Source: Octopus bimaculoides (lineage: Eukaryota). Taken from it: 64,000 bases of DNA. A model generated the notes under the pieces. It made no database searches and was not told the origin of the DNA. It saw nothing but the letters and a program-made list of their open reading frames with translations. The DNA is taken from assembly GCF_001194135.2 (NCBI RefSeq), contig NC_068987.1:108331552-108395551 (forward strand), in the 5' to 3' direction. A program made the position numbers and the translations under genes. The stretch's first letter is position 1. Each line of letters starts with the position of its first letter. Positions 12,580-25,189 of this stretch are shown here, in pieces.

Positions 12580-12850
12580 TATGCCTTGGATGATTACAGT
12601 GTAGTCCATAGTATCCGTGGCCATCGGATTGATCATATTCATGGATTCATTTTTTCAGGCGACAATGGATTGATGGATAATGGATTAACGGATGTTTAAG
12701 AGAGGGATGTTTATCCCTTTTGACCAGTGCGAAGGTTGATTGAGTTACATCCATTTCTGTTATATCGCCCTGAAAAAATGAATCCATGAGGATGATGAAC
12801 CTGATGCACACGGATACTGAAGACTATAGGGTAGTCATGCCAGAAATACG
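12580..12850. mobile_element. Old MITE-like element with roughly 85-bp degenerate TIRs
   Basis: AGTATCCGTG...CATGGATTCATTTTTTCAGG (about 12610-12660) versus CCTGAAAAAATGAATCCATG...CACGGATACT (about 12769-12820). Confidence 0.7.
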
Positions 12851-12940
12851 GACTCTGATCTTAAGAGTCATGCGATATGTGGAAACGCGCGTAGCGATGC
12901 ATTAATTGCTTATCAATTCTATCCAAGGATCATTGTTATG

Positions 12941-12944
<4 letters not shown>

Positions 12945-12986
<42 letters not shown>

Positions 12987-13137
12987 GTATGTATGTATGT
13001 ATGTATGTATGTATGTATGTATGTATGTATGCATGTATGCATGTATGTATGTATCTATCTATCTATGCATGTATGTATATATATATATATAATGTGTATA
13101 TGTAGTCTGCATAATGAATATATGTATTTATATACGT

Positions 13138-13226
<89 letters not shown>
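12945..13226. repeat. (TATG)n and (TG)n microsatellites
   Basis: Directly visible. Many other (TA)n, (TG)n, (CT)n, (AAT)n and (TCTA)n tracts occur, for example near 1510-1640, 1785-2040, 16352-16520, 24232-24325, 48490-48620, 48975-49175, 57020-57140 and 63295-63530. Confidence 0.95.
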
Positions 13227-13228
<2 letters not shown>

Positions 13229-15949
13229 ATATAATACGAATGGATGTATGCATATTTATTATGGGGAATGAAAAATAGAGAAGTGATGGAGCGTTGGTTG
13301 GAGTTAAAGTAAAATGAACGAATGTCAATGAGTGATAGTAGGAAGAGGAAATATATTTTTGGAGAATAATGATAAATTGGTAAGAGAGTTGTCGTTTGAG
13401 TAAAATATGTGGACTTATTGCATAAGAAATCCGGAGTCGTTGTAGAAGGATAAATAAGGGGGAAAAGGAGTGAAAGAAACTTGAAGATTAGATACAGAAA
13501 TGGTAAGGCGTTGAGAGATGAAGAGCATAGCAGAGAAGAAGTGGATTTAGTGAGAATGTAGAGGGAAGTGAGGGGAGAAGGAAAGAGTGAAAGTAGTATG
13601 GTTTAGGTGAAAGGGAGCTGATTAAAGAAAAACACAGCGTGGGACCGTGGGGATAAAAGATTATCGGAAGAACGTCGCACTTCCTCAATAGGAAATACGT
13701 AGCAAATACAAAGATCGTGAGAGCAGAAAGGGAGAATAAAGCAAGACGGTAATTTGAAAGAAGAGGAGGAAGAGTGTGTGTGTGTGTGTGTGTGAGAAAT
13801 AGAGAGAGAGAGAGAGAGAGAGAGACGGAAGGAGAGAGAGAGACGGAAGGAGAGAGAGAGACGGAAGGAGAGATAGATAGATAAAGAGCGTGTGTGTGCG
13901 ATTGTGTGTAAGATTAAGAAAGCGAGAAAGATATAGAGGAGAAAGAGAAATAATGATATGTCAGAAGAGAGAGTAAAACAACGCAGTAAATTGAATAACA
14001 GAGAGAGGGGGGAGAGGGGGAGACGTGTTCACTCAAACAGAGAGAATGAGGGAGACAAGGATAGATAAAGGAAGACAGAAAGAGAGACAGAGAGAGAAAG
14101 TGAGATAAAGAGAAAATGCGATCGCGAAAGTGCGATGATGGGGAAGAAGCTGTTATTTAAAAAGTGTAATGGTTCGGGTGGGCGAGATATATACTGAATG
14201 AGTGAGGGTGAAAGAGGAAAGAAAGAAAGAGAGAGAGAGAGATATAGGGAGAAAGGTTTGTGTAAAGGAGAGACAGCTGGAGTGCAATGGGGAGTAGGAA
14301 GAGATATGCAATAAGATTCAAAGTTATAGCAGGTCAAGCCATCATTCATCTATCGGTGTCAGGGTTATAAAGATAAGAAAACAAGATGGCGATAAAAACA
14401 GCCCCAGTTGTCATGTAAGGTCCCTATCTTCTGTACCAACACACTGCACACCAAGACTTCACGTTGCTGCTTTCTATCCATTGAGTTAATGATGTTGAAA
14501 TCACTTCCGCCGTAATGGCGTGCGCTTGCAGTTTTTCCTCTGCAGTTATTCTATCGTGTGTGCATCATATATGAACGGATGATCGTACTAACAGTCAAAA
14601 TAAATACGCCTTAATGTACATAAACACATTATATGTGTGTTTATACATACACACACGCTCATACATACAAACATACATACGTTCCTATGTACGTCTGTAT
14701 TATCGCATGCGTTTACGTTTATGAACGAAAGTAAAGTATTGGATTCGTGATTGATTAGGTCATGGCTTCGGCTCTTCCAGTGAGTGGTGCGTTCTATTTT
14801 TAAGTCATTTCTCTTTGCACCCGTATACTCAACTGACATAAGTACAAGCCGCATGCTGGAATACCTTTCTTTTCCTCCCGCTGACTTAAGTTTTGACATA
14901 ACACCCGAGTGGATTCAGTGGGTAAATTGTGAAACTTGTGAGTAACTTCAAATACGTGTGTCTGATAACAGGCATTCTGCCTTCTTGGGTATACAGATTC
15001 TGTTGGTAAAAACCCTTTAATGCTATCTGCAAGAAGCGGGGAACCGTTCAACTAACTTCAAATACTTAGTCCTGTCTTGGAGACGTCTTTTCAGATCTTC
15101 CTGCACCTGGAAGTTGTTCACTAAAAATACCCTTTGTAATAAGTATCTATTTTACTCATTTGAAGTATAACGCATACTTATAAACTAGGAAAACTATTTT
15201 TTTGTTTCTGTTGGAAGAACACTATTATGGACATTTGATGAGACATAAAAAACTAACCTCAACTTCCATACAGACAGCTATGAAATGTTCTGTTACCACC
15301 ATCATGGAGCCGCTGATAAGCGCCGCTTATTCGGCGCTGACTTATGTCGCATCAGACGTTTTAATGTTTATCTCATTCACACTGTCTTCCTCTTTCTCTT
15401 ACTTTCTCTTTCACACTCTCTTTCATTCTTTCTCTTTTCATGCCCTCTCTCCCCTCTCTCCCTCTGTTTATGTGTGTGACCATACTCCTCTCTATGTGTA
15501 TGAAGAATCGGTGTTTATATCAATTGTGTTCAATAAATGAATTATAATATTCATCTCTTTTTCCCACTTTCTCACTTCATCTGCTAACTCATATCTCTAA
15601 GCGTGCAGCGCGTTCTAATTTAGTTGGTATATAATATTCAATTCAGAATTTCGTTTCTATATTATGCAGTGTAAGTCCGATCCTGTTACTCAGTACCTTC
15701 AGTGACTTCGCATGCTGGTACAAGTCTACATAAACTTGGGGAAGGAGAATAAATTAACGGGAGCTCTGATGAAGTCCATCTTATAAACTGCTCCTGCGTT
15801 TGAGTAGCGGATTTAGTTTGTTGCCCTGGCTTAATAATTAAAGACCATCAAGCGTACAGTCTGTTGCAAACATTTGGTCAATAAGCCTGGTTCGAGGATA
15901 ACTTTCCCGTTACTGCTGAATGTTCTGCAAAATAAAAGACTTGAGGAAC

Positions 15950-16350
15950 GAAAGGATATAAAATTTGGGGGAACGGGCTGGTTGATGTCATCAACTTCAG
16001 TAATTAGTATTTCAGACTGATACTCATTTTATCGACGCCGAAAGACAAAATTAATCTCGGCAGTATTTGAACTGAGAAAGTAAAGAGATTAGATATGCCA
16101 TTAAACTTTCTGTCCCGCGTTCTAACGATCCTGCTTCCTCACCGCCTTAATAATAATAACAACCCTACCAACTATACGCACAAAGCCTGAAATTTGGGAG
16201 AGGGGAATAGTCGATTACTCGGCCCCACTATCTCAACTGTACTTAATTTATTGACCCCGATAGGGTTTGAACTCAGAACACGAAGAAAAATGTAATATCG
16301 CTAAGCATTTCGCCCGGCGTGCTAACGATTCTGCCAGCTGCCGCCTGGTA
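15950..16350 (-). mobile_element. Two adjacent SINE family C monomers
   Basis: Two successive AAATTTGG...GAACT(C/G)AGAA...CCGCCT units at about 15950-16148 and 16180-16348. Confidence 0.7.
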
Positions 16351-16351
16351 A

Positions 16352-16391
<40 letters not shown>

Positions 16392-17398
16392 CAATAATAA
16401 TAATTATAATAATAATAATAATATTAATAACAATAATAATAATAATAATATTAATAACAATAATAATAACAATAGTAATAATAATAATAATGAAAATGAC
16501 TATGATAATGATAATAATCCTTGATGTATTGACTGCGGATCCAACTGGGAGAAATAATACATTTACGATCAATAGAAACCTCGACAGGAATCATATCGCG
16601 AGAGTTTCGAGAATGTAGCTCAACAAGACATTCAACGAAATACATGTGTTTCGCCGCTTTATCTGTTATCGTATCGTTAACAACATCAATCAACTGTAAC
16701 TCGAGCAAGTACATTTACCGATAGTCTGATAAATAGTCCATGAGTTTGTGTGTACGCATCTTAATTGAAAATTTTTTCTATTTTATCATCAACGAGGCTG
16801 ACTTTATCTCAACAGATCTCTGCTGGTTTCGGCACTAACAACGCTGATGAAGACGTTCTTCTCGTTCTCGTCAGCATCATTTTCTTACAACCACCACCAA
16901 CATCACCATTACCATAATCATCGTCCTCGACGTCGTCGCCATGATCATCATCATTATCATCATTGTCTGCGTTGTCATCATCATCATCATCATTATTATA
17001 CAAAACCAGTTTGAAAATCCCCGCCGTTGTAATGAGATTATGAAACGCTTAATGAAATAGGGAAATGTTCCTTCCCCAACAACAGGATAGAAGACACCAG
17101 CGATTGAATCATTCCTCTTACAATAAATCAAAACATTTTATGTTTCAGAGGAGCGGGTTTAGTAATAACGTTTGTGGTCGATATGGAATGTGGCTTCCAG
17201 ACCGAAATAACACAAGGTCTCTATCATGAAGACATAAGGATGTTTCCTAGGCAAACGCACTTAACACAGAATTTTTCTACTCTCTCAGCTGTAAGAAATA
17301 CATCTCGGCGCTGTATTTAGATCGTAAAAAGTTACAATTTAAGTCTAGTCGCCTGGAATTTTGGTGGACGGAAAATAGGTCTCCTTTTATTATTTTAT

Positions 17399-17593
17399 TA
17401 TTTTACTCTTTTACTTGTTTCAATCATTTAACTGCGGCCATGCTGAAGCACCACCTTTAGTCGAACAAATTAACCCCAGGGCTAGTACTTATTCTATCGG
17501 TCTCTTTTACCGAATCGCTAGATAACGAGGATGTAAACACACCAGCATTGGTTGTCAAGTGATGTTGAGGAGAGAAACACAGGCACACAATGC

Positions 17594-17600
<7 letters not shown>
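17399..17600 (-). mobile_element. SINE family B, 3' half
   Basis: TACTCTTTTACTTGTTTCAATCATTTAACTGCGGCCATGCT...GTTGTCAAG, ending in (TA)n. Confidence 0.8.
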
Positions 17601-17660
<60 letters not shown>

Positions 17661-17666
<6 letters not shown>

Positions 17667-17800
17667 GTTGACCAGTAAAGTGGACATTTAATGTGCTAGA
17701 AATAGACCACATGTTGTGTCTACTAAGACCTAGTAGTTCTCAAAAGAGTAGTGGTCTATTTCTAGCACATTAAATGTCCACTTTACTGGTCAACGTTATA
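17661..17800. mobile_element. 140-bp fold-back MITE-like element in a (TA)n tract
   Basis: Arms 17661-17710 and 17751-17800 are reverse complements at 49 of 50 positions, with a 40-nt spacer. Confidence 0.85.
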
Positions 17801-18544
17801 TATATAAACATATACCTTAATCCCCTAAGATCTCAGATATTTTTCTGAATCTCTCGGATTCTTTCAATGTGCTAGATTCCTGGTAATAAATCGATATTAA
17901 TTAATATCTGATTTTTACCCTGTGTTTTAATTTGATTATATATATATATATAAAGTTCAAGAAAATCGTTTAGGTTTTTATATTGTGAACTGTGGTGAAG
18001 CTGTGAGGATGTCTCCAGTGTAAATTCACTTATACTAAACATTTTCTATATTTCTACCTGCTATAAATAGTTACCAAAGTTTTAGGGGTATAGCACAGAT
18101 GATAACACGGCAAAACTAAGCAGGGTAAAATAAACTATGTTTCTGTTTATGAGCTTCGATGAAGTGATGCAAGCCTTTAACGGATGTAGGAATTCAGTTT
18201 TAAAATTTCCCAGCTCTCACAAGTGTAAATAGGTATCATAAGCTGAGAAGTAGAACTTAGCACTATAAATTAACCAAAATTACTTCGGTAAAACGAGTAT
18301 AAATTCCCCATCCTCACAATGCAACAACCCAAATTTTCCATCTAGTAAGGCATATATCCCGAAGATTTGGTTGAATATATTAGAAATATATAATGCAGAG
18401 GCTGCAATAGATGACATTAAAAAACAAAATGGCGATTTTGTTATATTTCGGAAGAAGGTGAAACAAAGACTTCATAAATAAAATAAATCATACTTACCAA
18501 ATGAGAGCAAATATAGAAATGATAAGCATTATTATAAGGGACGA

Positions 18545-18830
18545 CTCAACTAAGCAACAACCATGTTCTAGATGAGAGGAAGTTCGACAAATACAGGAGC
18601 CTGACCAGCCACTGTTTGTAGCAGTTACTATCAAGACGTCAGGTATTCTCGGACCCCGCACAGCTGATTTCGCCTGCAAGATATGGATAACAGCGACCCG
18701 TCTGAGAAATGAACCCCTCGAGGGGGAGTTGTGGATATTCTTCGCGGCAGACTCGGTGGAACATGGCAGTTGGTCTGAGGTGTACAACCTCTTACTCCAC
18801 CCTACTTTATCTTTTGCTGCTTAATTCCCC
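18545..18830 (+). mobile_element. Possible 3' end (restriction-like endonuclease region) of a CRE/NeSL-type non-LTR retrotransposon
   Basis: Across a frameshift it reads HVLDERKFDKYRSL then LFVAVTIKTSGILGPRTADFACKI...RLRNEPLEG. This resembles the E-x-K-x-x-K-Y-x-x-L...F-x-P-x-A-x-E-T-x-G-x-x-G pattern of RLE LINEs. Confidence 0.45.
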
Positions 18831-19688
18831 CTCTTTTCTTTTTCTTTGTTTTCTCGGTGAGGTAGTTCTGCGATTTTATTTGTTTGTTTTTTTTTTCGAT
18901 CAATAATTTCATCTTTTATACTTTTAATACTTTTGATGTGTTCGTTTTATCCTTCTTCCTGTAAAAGTGTGTGACGAAATAAAACTTTTGTTTCTCGATA
19001 ATTGAAAGCTGTTGCAATATTTGAGGAATATTTGGTAAGAAATTCCAACTTGTTCTTCACTGTCTAAAACATAAAACATGGAATGAACGACATAATGACA
19101 AAAATGCTGGAATCTTCTGAAAAATAGTTGCTACCATTTTAAACTAGGGTGGAACAAATCACTTAATCTGCTTAGTGATCTGATTATTTTTATTAAAAAG
19201 TAATCAGAAGTAGAGACAATCGAAAATCTACACCCAGAGGAATTTATACTCGAGTGGATTTTCCTGAAATTTTTGATAAATATCCTCTGAATATGTACCA
19301 CCAATTTTACGAGTTTATTACCAAGAAAGTCAATAAACAATAAATCATCAGTAAGTATCTTTGATGAAAATGCTTCTTGAGAAGTACAACATTGTTTGAA
19401 GTATGTATATGACAAACCAAATACTGAAATGTTGCTGATTTTGTTCATAACGCCAACAATGGTGAATATTGAGGCTTCTATGAAAGGTAATATATTTGTA
19501 AATGGAACTTTGCTTTACGCTCATGTGAACAGCAACAAGGCTTCACTGTTGGTAGGTCTATACGGAGAGGGTTTGCATTTTTCGGATTTGGCTACTTTAG
19601 AATATTTCTACAATTTTCGTATGCAATCAGGCAAAACAGCCTCAGGCAAACTCCAACATAACCTATAGCCCATAACTCAACAAATCAG

Positions 19689-20071
19689 ACGGTGAAGTAG
19701 GTGTATGCTGTCAACTTAATGTGACAGTCCCTTGAAGGGAATAATACTGCTGTTGGTTAGACCTAGGAAGCTGCACCGCTTCCTGTCAGCCTTGATATAT
19801 TTTCTGTGTCCTTATGTTTATAAGGGGGGGGAAGCACCTCCACCCAGCTAAGCCTACATGTTTCTGAGTCTTTGCTCGTCTCCAGAAACGTGTCTCTGGA
19901 TGCAGGCTTAGCCAGTTGGAGGTGCTTGTCTCCCCCTTGTAAACATAAGGACACAATACATGTGTCAAGGCCGACAGGAAGCGGTGCAGCTTCCTATGTT
20001 TAACCAACAGTAGTATTATTCCCTTCAGGGGACTGTCACATTAAGTTGACAGCATACAACTACTTCATCGT
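19689..20071. mobile_element. Roughly 380-bp fold-back (palindromic) element
   Basis: The left (about 19689-19870) and right (about 19890-20071) arms are reverse complements with scattered mismatches. A related copy lies at 22083-22288. Confidence 0.85.
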
Positions 20072-21042
20072 ATCATTACTGCATAAATCTCTCTGAGAGA
20101 TTTAGAAATGTATTATTTCTAAATAAGACTGTGTTCTCTATCCGTTATGTTTCCTCTATGAAAACTCTAGTCCACAGGACATTTATGTATTATCTGAAAC
20201 AATATACCAATATTTACCAGCTGTATGCTGTGTACCTATAAAACGTTGCCGCTGATGCTGCTACTAAATTGATTAGATTTTCCTTTCTAGATATTTTGTC
20301 CGTGAAATGCATATATTAATTTATGTATTGCATACATATCTCATACGTGCTCTTCACATAACTTTAAATCGTATTCATTGAAATATGTTTGTATAGGAAT
20401 AAAATGGCTAGGTAATGCAATTTATCTTTGAACGAAGATAGATGTTCCTTCTGCTTTATATATTTATTTTAAACTCTTTTCTGGAAAGTCTCTTTACGAT
20501 GTTTTAAAATAGACAAAGAAATGTGTAGTACAATTCAAACGCTCAATAATCGTGACATAAGTTCACCTGATTCCTATAAGCACAGCTAACTTTCACAAGT
20601 TACACTGATATTTAAGAACAAGATCGACTTCCACAAATGAACCTGGCTTCCGGAACAAGTACAACTCTCTACCTTATTCAACAGCAAATATAGTGACGCC
20701 ACAGTATTCTTATGCTGCATCTTACCTTAAAAATTACAACATTAGGAAATTCTTGTAACCGACAATACAATCATAACAGATAGCAATCGAAATAGAAAGC
20801 ATCCAGTATTTCGAAATTATGGTGATCGTAAGACCAAACAGTCAGTTATAGAATTTAGTGATCTTTTCATTTTGACAACCGACGGCTACGAAAGGAATAA
20901 CCAACATTTAATTTGAATCAGTCTCTCGGTATCAGGTGAAACGCTTTAGATTACGTTGCTGATATTTGAAAACATTCATACAAACATTCATACGCAGGCT
21001 TCTTCTTCCAGGCAAATAAATAAAAACAAAAGGGGGTTTTAT

Positions 21043-21560
21043 AAAGCGCAGGAGTGGCTGTGTGGTAAGTAGCTTGCCAACCAACCACATGGTTCCGAGT
21101 TTAGTCCGACTGCGTGGCACCTGGGGCAATTGTCTTCTACTATATCTTCGGGCCGACCAAAGCCTTGTGAGTGGATTTGGTAGACAANNNNNNNNNNNNN
21201 NNNNNNNNNNNNNNNNNNNNNNNNNNNNNNNNNNNNNNNNNNNNNNNNNNNNNNNNNNNNNNNNNNNNNNNNNNNNNNNNNNNNNNNNNNNNNNNNNNNN
21301 NNNNNNNNNNNNNNNNNNNNNNNNNNNNNNNGCTTGTGTTTCTGTGTTTGTCCCCCAAACATCGCTTGACAACCGATGCTGGTGTGTTTACGTCTCCGTA
21401 ATGTAGCGGTTCGCCAAAAAAAGACCGATAGAGTAAGTATTAGGCTTACAAAGAATAAGTTCTGAGGTTGATTTGCTCGACTAAAGGCGGTGCTCCAGCA
21501 TGGCCGCAGTCAAATGACTGAAACAAATGAAAGAGAAGAAAAGAGTAAAAGAGTAAAGAG
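21043..21560 (+). mobile_element. SINE family B, full length (gap inside)
   Basis: Head AAGCGCAGGAGTGGCTGTGTGGTAAG, complete body and a (GAGTAAAA)n tail. Confidence 0.9.
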
Positions 21561-22082
21561 TATAATATACTATCCTCGTTGAAGGCTTGAAAATCTCAAA
21601 CTATAGCAGGAATCAACAATTATCCATTGGAACGGACAAAAACATCAAAGGATAGCAATACCAATTATAAAAGCAATATGTCTCAAGATAATGAAACTGG
21701 TCAAGAATAACCAAAGTATGGTAAAACCGACATGGGTCTACAATGGCATATCACTAATCATGTATAATCCTTGAGTTATAATCATGTTTAATCCTTGAGT
21801 ATAAATGCATTATAATATAATACAACATAAGATAAGTATGGTCCTCAATGGTAAATACATTATATAAGAGGAATAATTGACCAACAACGACATGAATTTC
21901 ACCAGGTTGTAAAGGTCTGCAAATATCGCTAAGAGTTCAGTTGGTTGGTATATACTTTGTGCTATTCCTCTTATATTTGCTATAAAACAGAAGCGTGTGT
22001 AAAATAGAAGTGCTTGGTTGAAAATATTACATACATATGTTATAGACTACGCATAATGTTGTGAGTTCAGTTGCTTGACCGA

Positions 22083-22288
22083 TGTCCTTATGTTTACAAG
22101 CGGGAGACAAGCACCTCCACCCAGCTAAGCCTGCATCTAGAGACATGTTTCTGGAGACGAGCAAAGACTGAGAAACATGTCTCTGGATGCAGGCTTAGCT
22201 GGGTGGAGGTGATTGTCCCCCCTTGTAAACATAAGGACACAGGAAATGTGTCAAGGCTGACAGGAAACGGTGCAGCTTCCTAGGTCTA
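22083..22288. mobile_element. Truncated second copy of the fold-back element
   Basis: Arms 22083-22152 and 22171-22239 flank an 18-nt loop. Homology to 19689-20071 continues to GGTCTA at 22288. Confidence 0.85.
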
Positions 22289-22709
22289 TCCTTGCTTCTT
22301 AGGCAAGGCAGTTTATTTCCTGTTGATACAGTCTCTTAGGCTGAAATTGGGTAGCAGCCCAGTACTGATGTATCCCTCCCTCCCTATTGCTGTCACATCC
22401 CAGATGTTCCATCGGGGCATACGAAGGATGGCCGAGAGACTTAGGTATCTACATTCGACCACATAGGTATTAAAAAACATTCGACGAAAGCATAACGTAA
22501 CCATTGCAACCAAGTCAAACTCGCTTGCAAATATGGCTATACTTTATTACATAATGTAACGGGACACGATGGTCACGTGATCATTACTACTTAACATGTT
22601 TATCTAATCGTTGCAGAAATGAATTTTGATTCACTTGAATATGGCTCCTTATATTAAAGAAACCTATTTGATTCCAGATTTACTTGCATAAATATTTTAT
22701 TTTATTTTT

Positions 22710-23095
22710 ACTTCATTTACTTGGCTCGGTCATAGGAATGCTGAATCGTCCTCCGTATTTCTATTTGTTTCGGATTTTGCTGCCGAACCGCTAGGCGACG
22801 GAGGTCGTGATCAAACAAACACCGATTGACAAACGGCGTAGAGGAAGAAAACACAAGCACAAAGACACACACATGTACACACATACACACACAGACACAC
22901 GCACACACGCATACATATATATACATATGTGTGTGTTCGGCAAACGTCCATACAGTGTCCGTCTTCTAAATTTATTCCTAAAACTGTATTCGACCAGGGA
23001 CTATAGTAAAAGATACCTGCCCAAGTTGTTGCGAGGTAGGACTGGACACGGAACCATATGGTTGCAAAGCGAGTATTGTAACCACACATTTATGC
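22710..23095 (-). mobile_element. SINE family B, diverged copy
   Basis: GCCGAACCGCTAGG..., internal CA/TA tract, ...GGAACCATATGGTTGCAAAGC. Confidence 0.65.
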
Positions 23096-23119
23096 TTGCG
23101 CCTCTTGCAAGCGTTTATT

Positions 23120-23320
23120 TACTCTTTTATTCTTTTACTTCTTATAGTCATTTGACTGTGCCATGCTGGAGCACCGCATTTAGTCGAGAAAATCGACTCC
23201 AGGACGTATTCTTTGTAAGCCTAGTACTTATTCTATCGATCTGTTTTGCCGAACCGCTAGATTACGGGGACCTAAACACACCAGCATCGGTTGTCAAACA
23301 ATGTTGAAGGGACAAACACA

Positions 23321-23352
<32 letters not shown>

Positions 23353-23652
23353 NNNNNNNNNNNNNNNNNNNNNNNNNNNNNNNNNNNNNNNNNNNNNNNN
23401 NNNNNNNNNNNNNNAGAAAACACAAGCACAAAGACACACACATGTACACACATACACACACAGACACACGCACACACGCATACATATATATACATATATA
23501 CGGCAGGCTTCTTTCAGTTTCCGTCTACTAAATCCACTCACAAGGCTTTGGTCGACCCGAGGCTATAGTAGAAGACACTTGCCTAAGGTGCCACGCAGTG
23601 GGACTGAACCCGGAACCATGTGGCTGGTAAGAAAGCTACTTACCACACAGCC
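23120..23652 (-). mobile_element. SINE family B, full length (gap inside)
   Basis: High similarity to 4886-5279 over both halves. Confidence 0.9.
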
Positions 23653-24249
23653 AAGTCCTTAAATTTTTGTTATGAGAGACTGTGGATATGACTCCCTCCT
23701 TGACTCACAATGCTATGAGTGGTCATTATAACTCGAAGAGGCCCTGTTTCGCCAAATCTGTTAACCTGATTTATGCATATTAATATATGGTAACAATTTC
23801 ATTAATGCTTGACTTGTGACCCTGTTACTTAAACGTCTCTATATACATCATTTCCTAGAAAGCACAGATTTACTTATGAAAACAAAGATAAAGCAGCGAC
23901 AAAGGAAAATGATCCAACAGTTACACTATACGTTAGGGTAACATATCAAAGAAGCGCTATATGAATGCTATGCAGAAAATAAATGAAGAGAAGACATACA
24001 AACTGTAGTAAGTATTCAGGAATGCGTAGAGAAATGACATATACGTATTCTTTTTATTAGATCTTTTAAATAAAAACAAGTAATAGCAAAAATCTCAAGT
24101 TGACATTTTTTAAGCTTAGATCTCATAATGCGAGACATTTTTGAGCCAAATTGGTGAGAGAATATGTGTCAAGAAGTAATCCTTTCTTTACTTGTCATGT
24201 CGACGATTATTATTAGGAAGACAGAAATGAAAACAACAACAACAACAAC

Positions 24250-24327
<78 letters not shown>

Positions 24328-24647
24328 GATAAGAAGAATCAGTAATATATTATGAATACTGACACGTTACAAAAGAAGAAGTGAAACAAAAACAAATGTA
24401 CAAAAGGAACATTCCGGAAGAAAAAAAAAACAGAATATAATAAACAACATAGTTTAAATTATTAACCATGAAGAGGTAGAACAAAGAATTCAGTGAAGCA
24501 AATTCAACAGGCAATTGGTTTTGTACACAAATTTAGACAGTATAAGCTAACTAAACAAACACTGTACATCATTTCTTTGACATGATTCTATTTTAGTGTG
24601 AAAGATGTTTAGTAATTCCTAGAATATTGTTTGTCATAAGTCATGAT

Positions 24648-24694
<47 letters not shown>

Positions 24695-25189
24695 TACTTT
24701 CTTTTATCTCTTCGCTTATATATGTGTATGCATGTGTTTGTGGTGATGGAAATGTGTGTATATGTATATATATATATATGTGTATGTATGTATGTATGTA
24801 TGTATTTATAACGATATATTACGACCAATGTATAAAGAATTATTTGAAGACTTGATAATGGAGTTTTTATCAAAACGTTAACATAAATGTCTAAATGTTT
24901 CAATGTTCATTTGTTTTCGGTAATAAACATGTGCGATTGCAGAAGTTGATTCTTTTGTTGTTATAAAATAATTTCTATTAATATAAAGTGCGTTTCTATT
25001 ATTAAAGACTTTTCTTTTTAAATATTGAAAAAAGAAATAAACTCTACTAAAATTTCTTTTATAAAGCTATAAATGATGAATGACATTTGTAGTCGTCTGA
25101 ACTTGTACAGTTTTAGGAACATTTAACATTTAAATTAAGCGTAACTTATGCCGAACTCTATATCTCTTCCGATTGGCAATATTAACGAT

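Noticed and set aside
13240-13760. Purine-rich stretch possibly derived from an L2/CR1 LINE on the minus strand
   Set aside because: No diagnostic endonuclease or RT motif could be read.
14380-14525. YY1-like AAGATGGCG and ETS-like CACTTCCG motifs suggesting a promoter
   Set aside because: These short motifs recur elsewhere (18424, 39686), and there is no CpG island or linked exon.
19081-19680. Coding-like AT-rich segment with 90-105 aa ORFs on both strands
   Set aside because: All frames are interrupted and I recognise no family. It may be an old TE but is unsupported.
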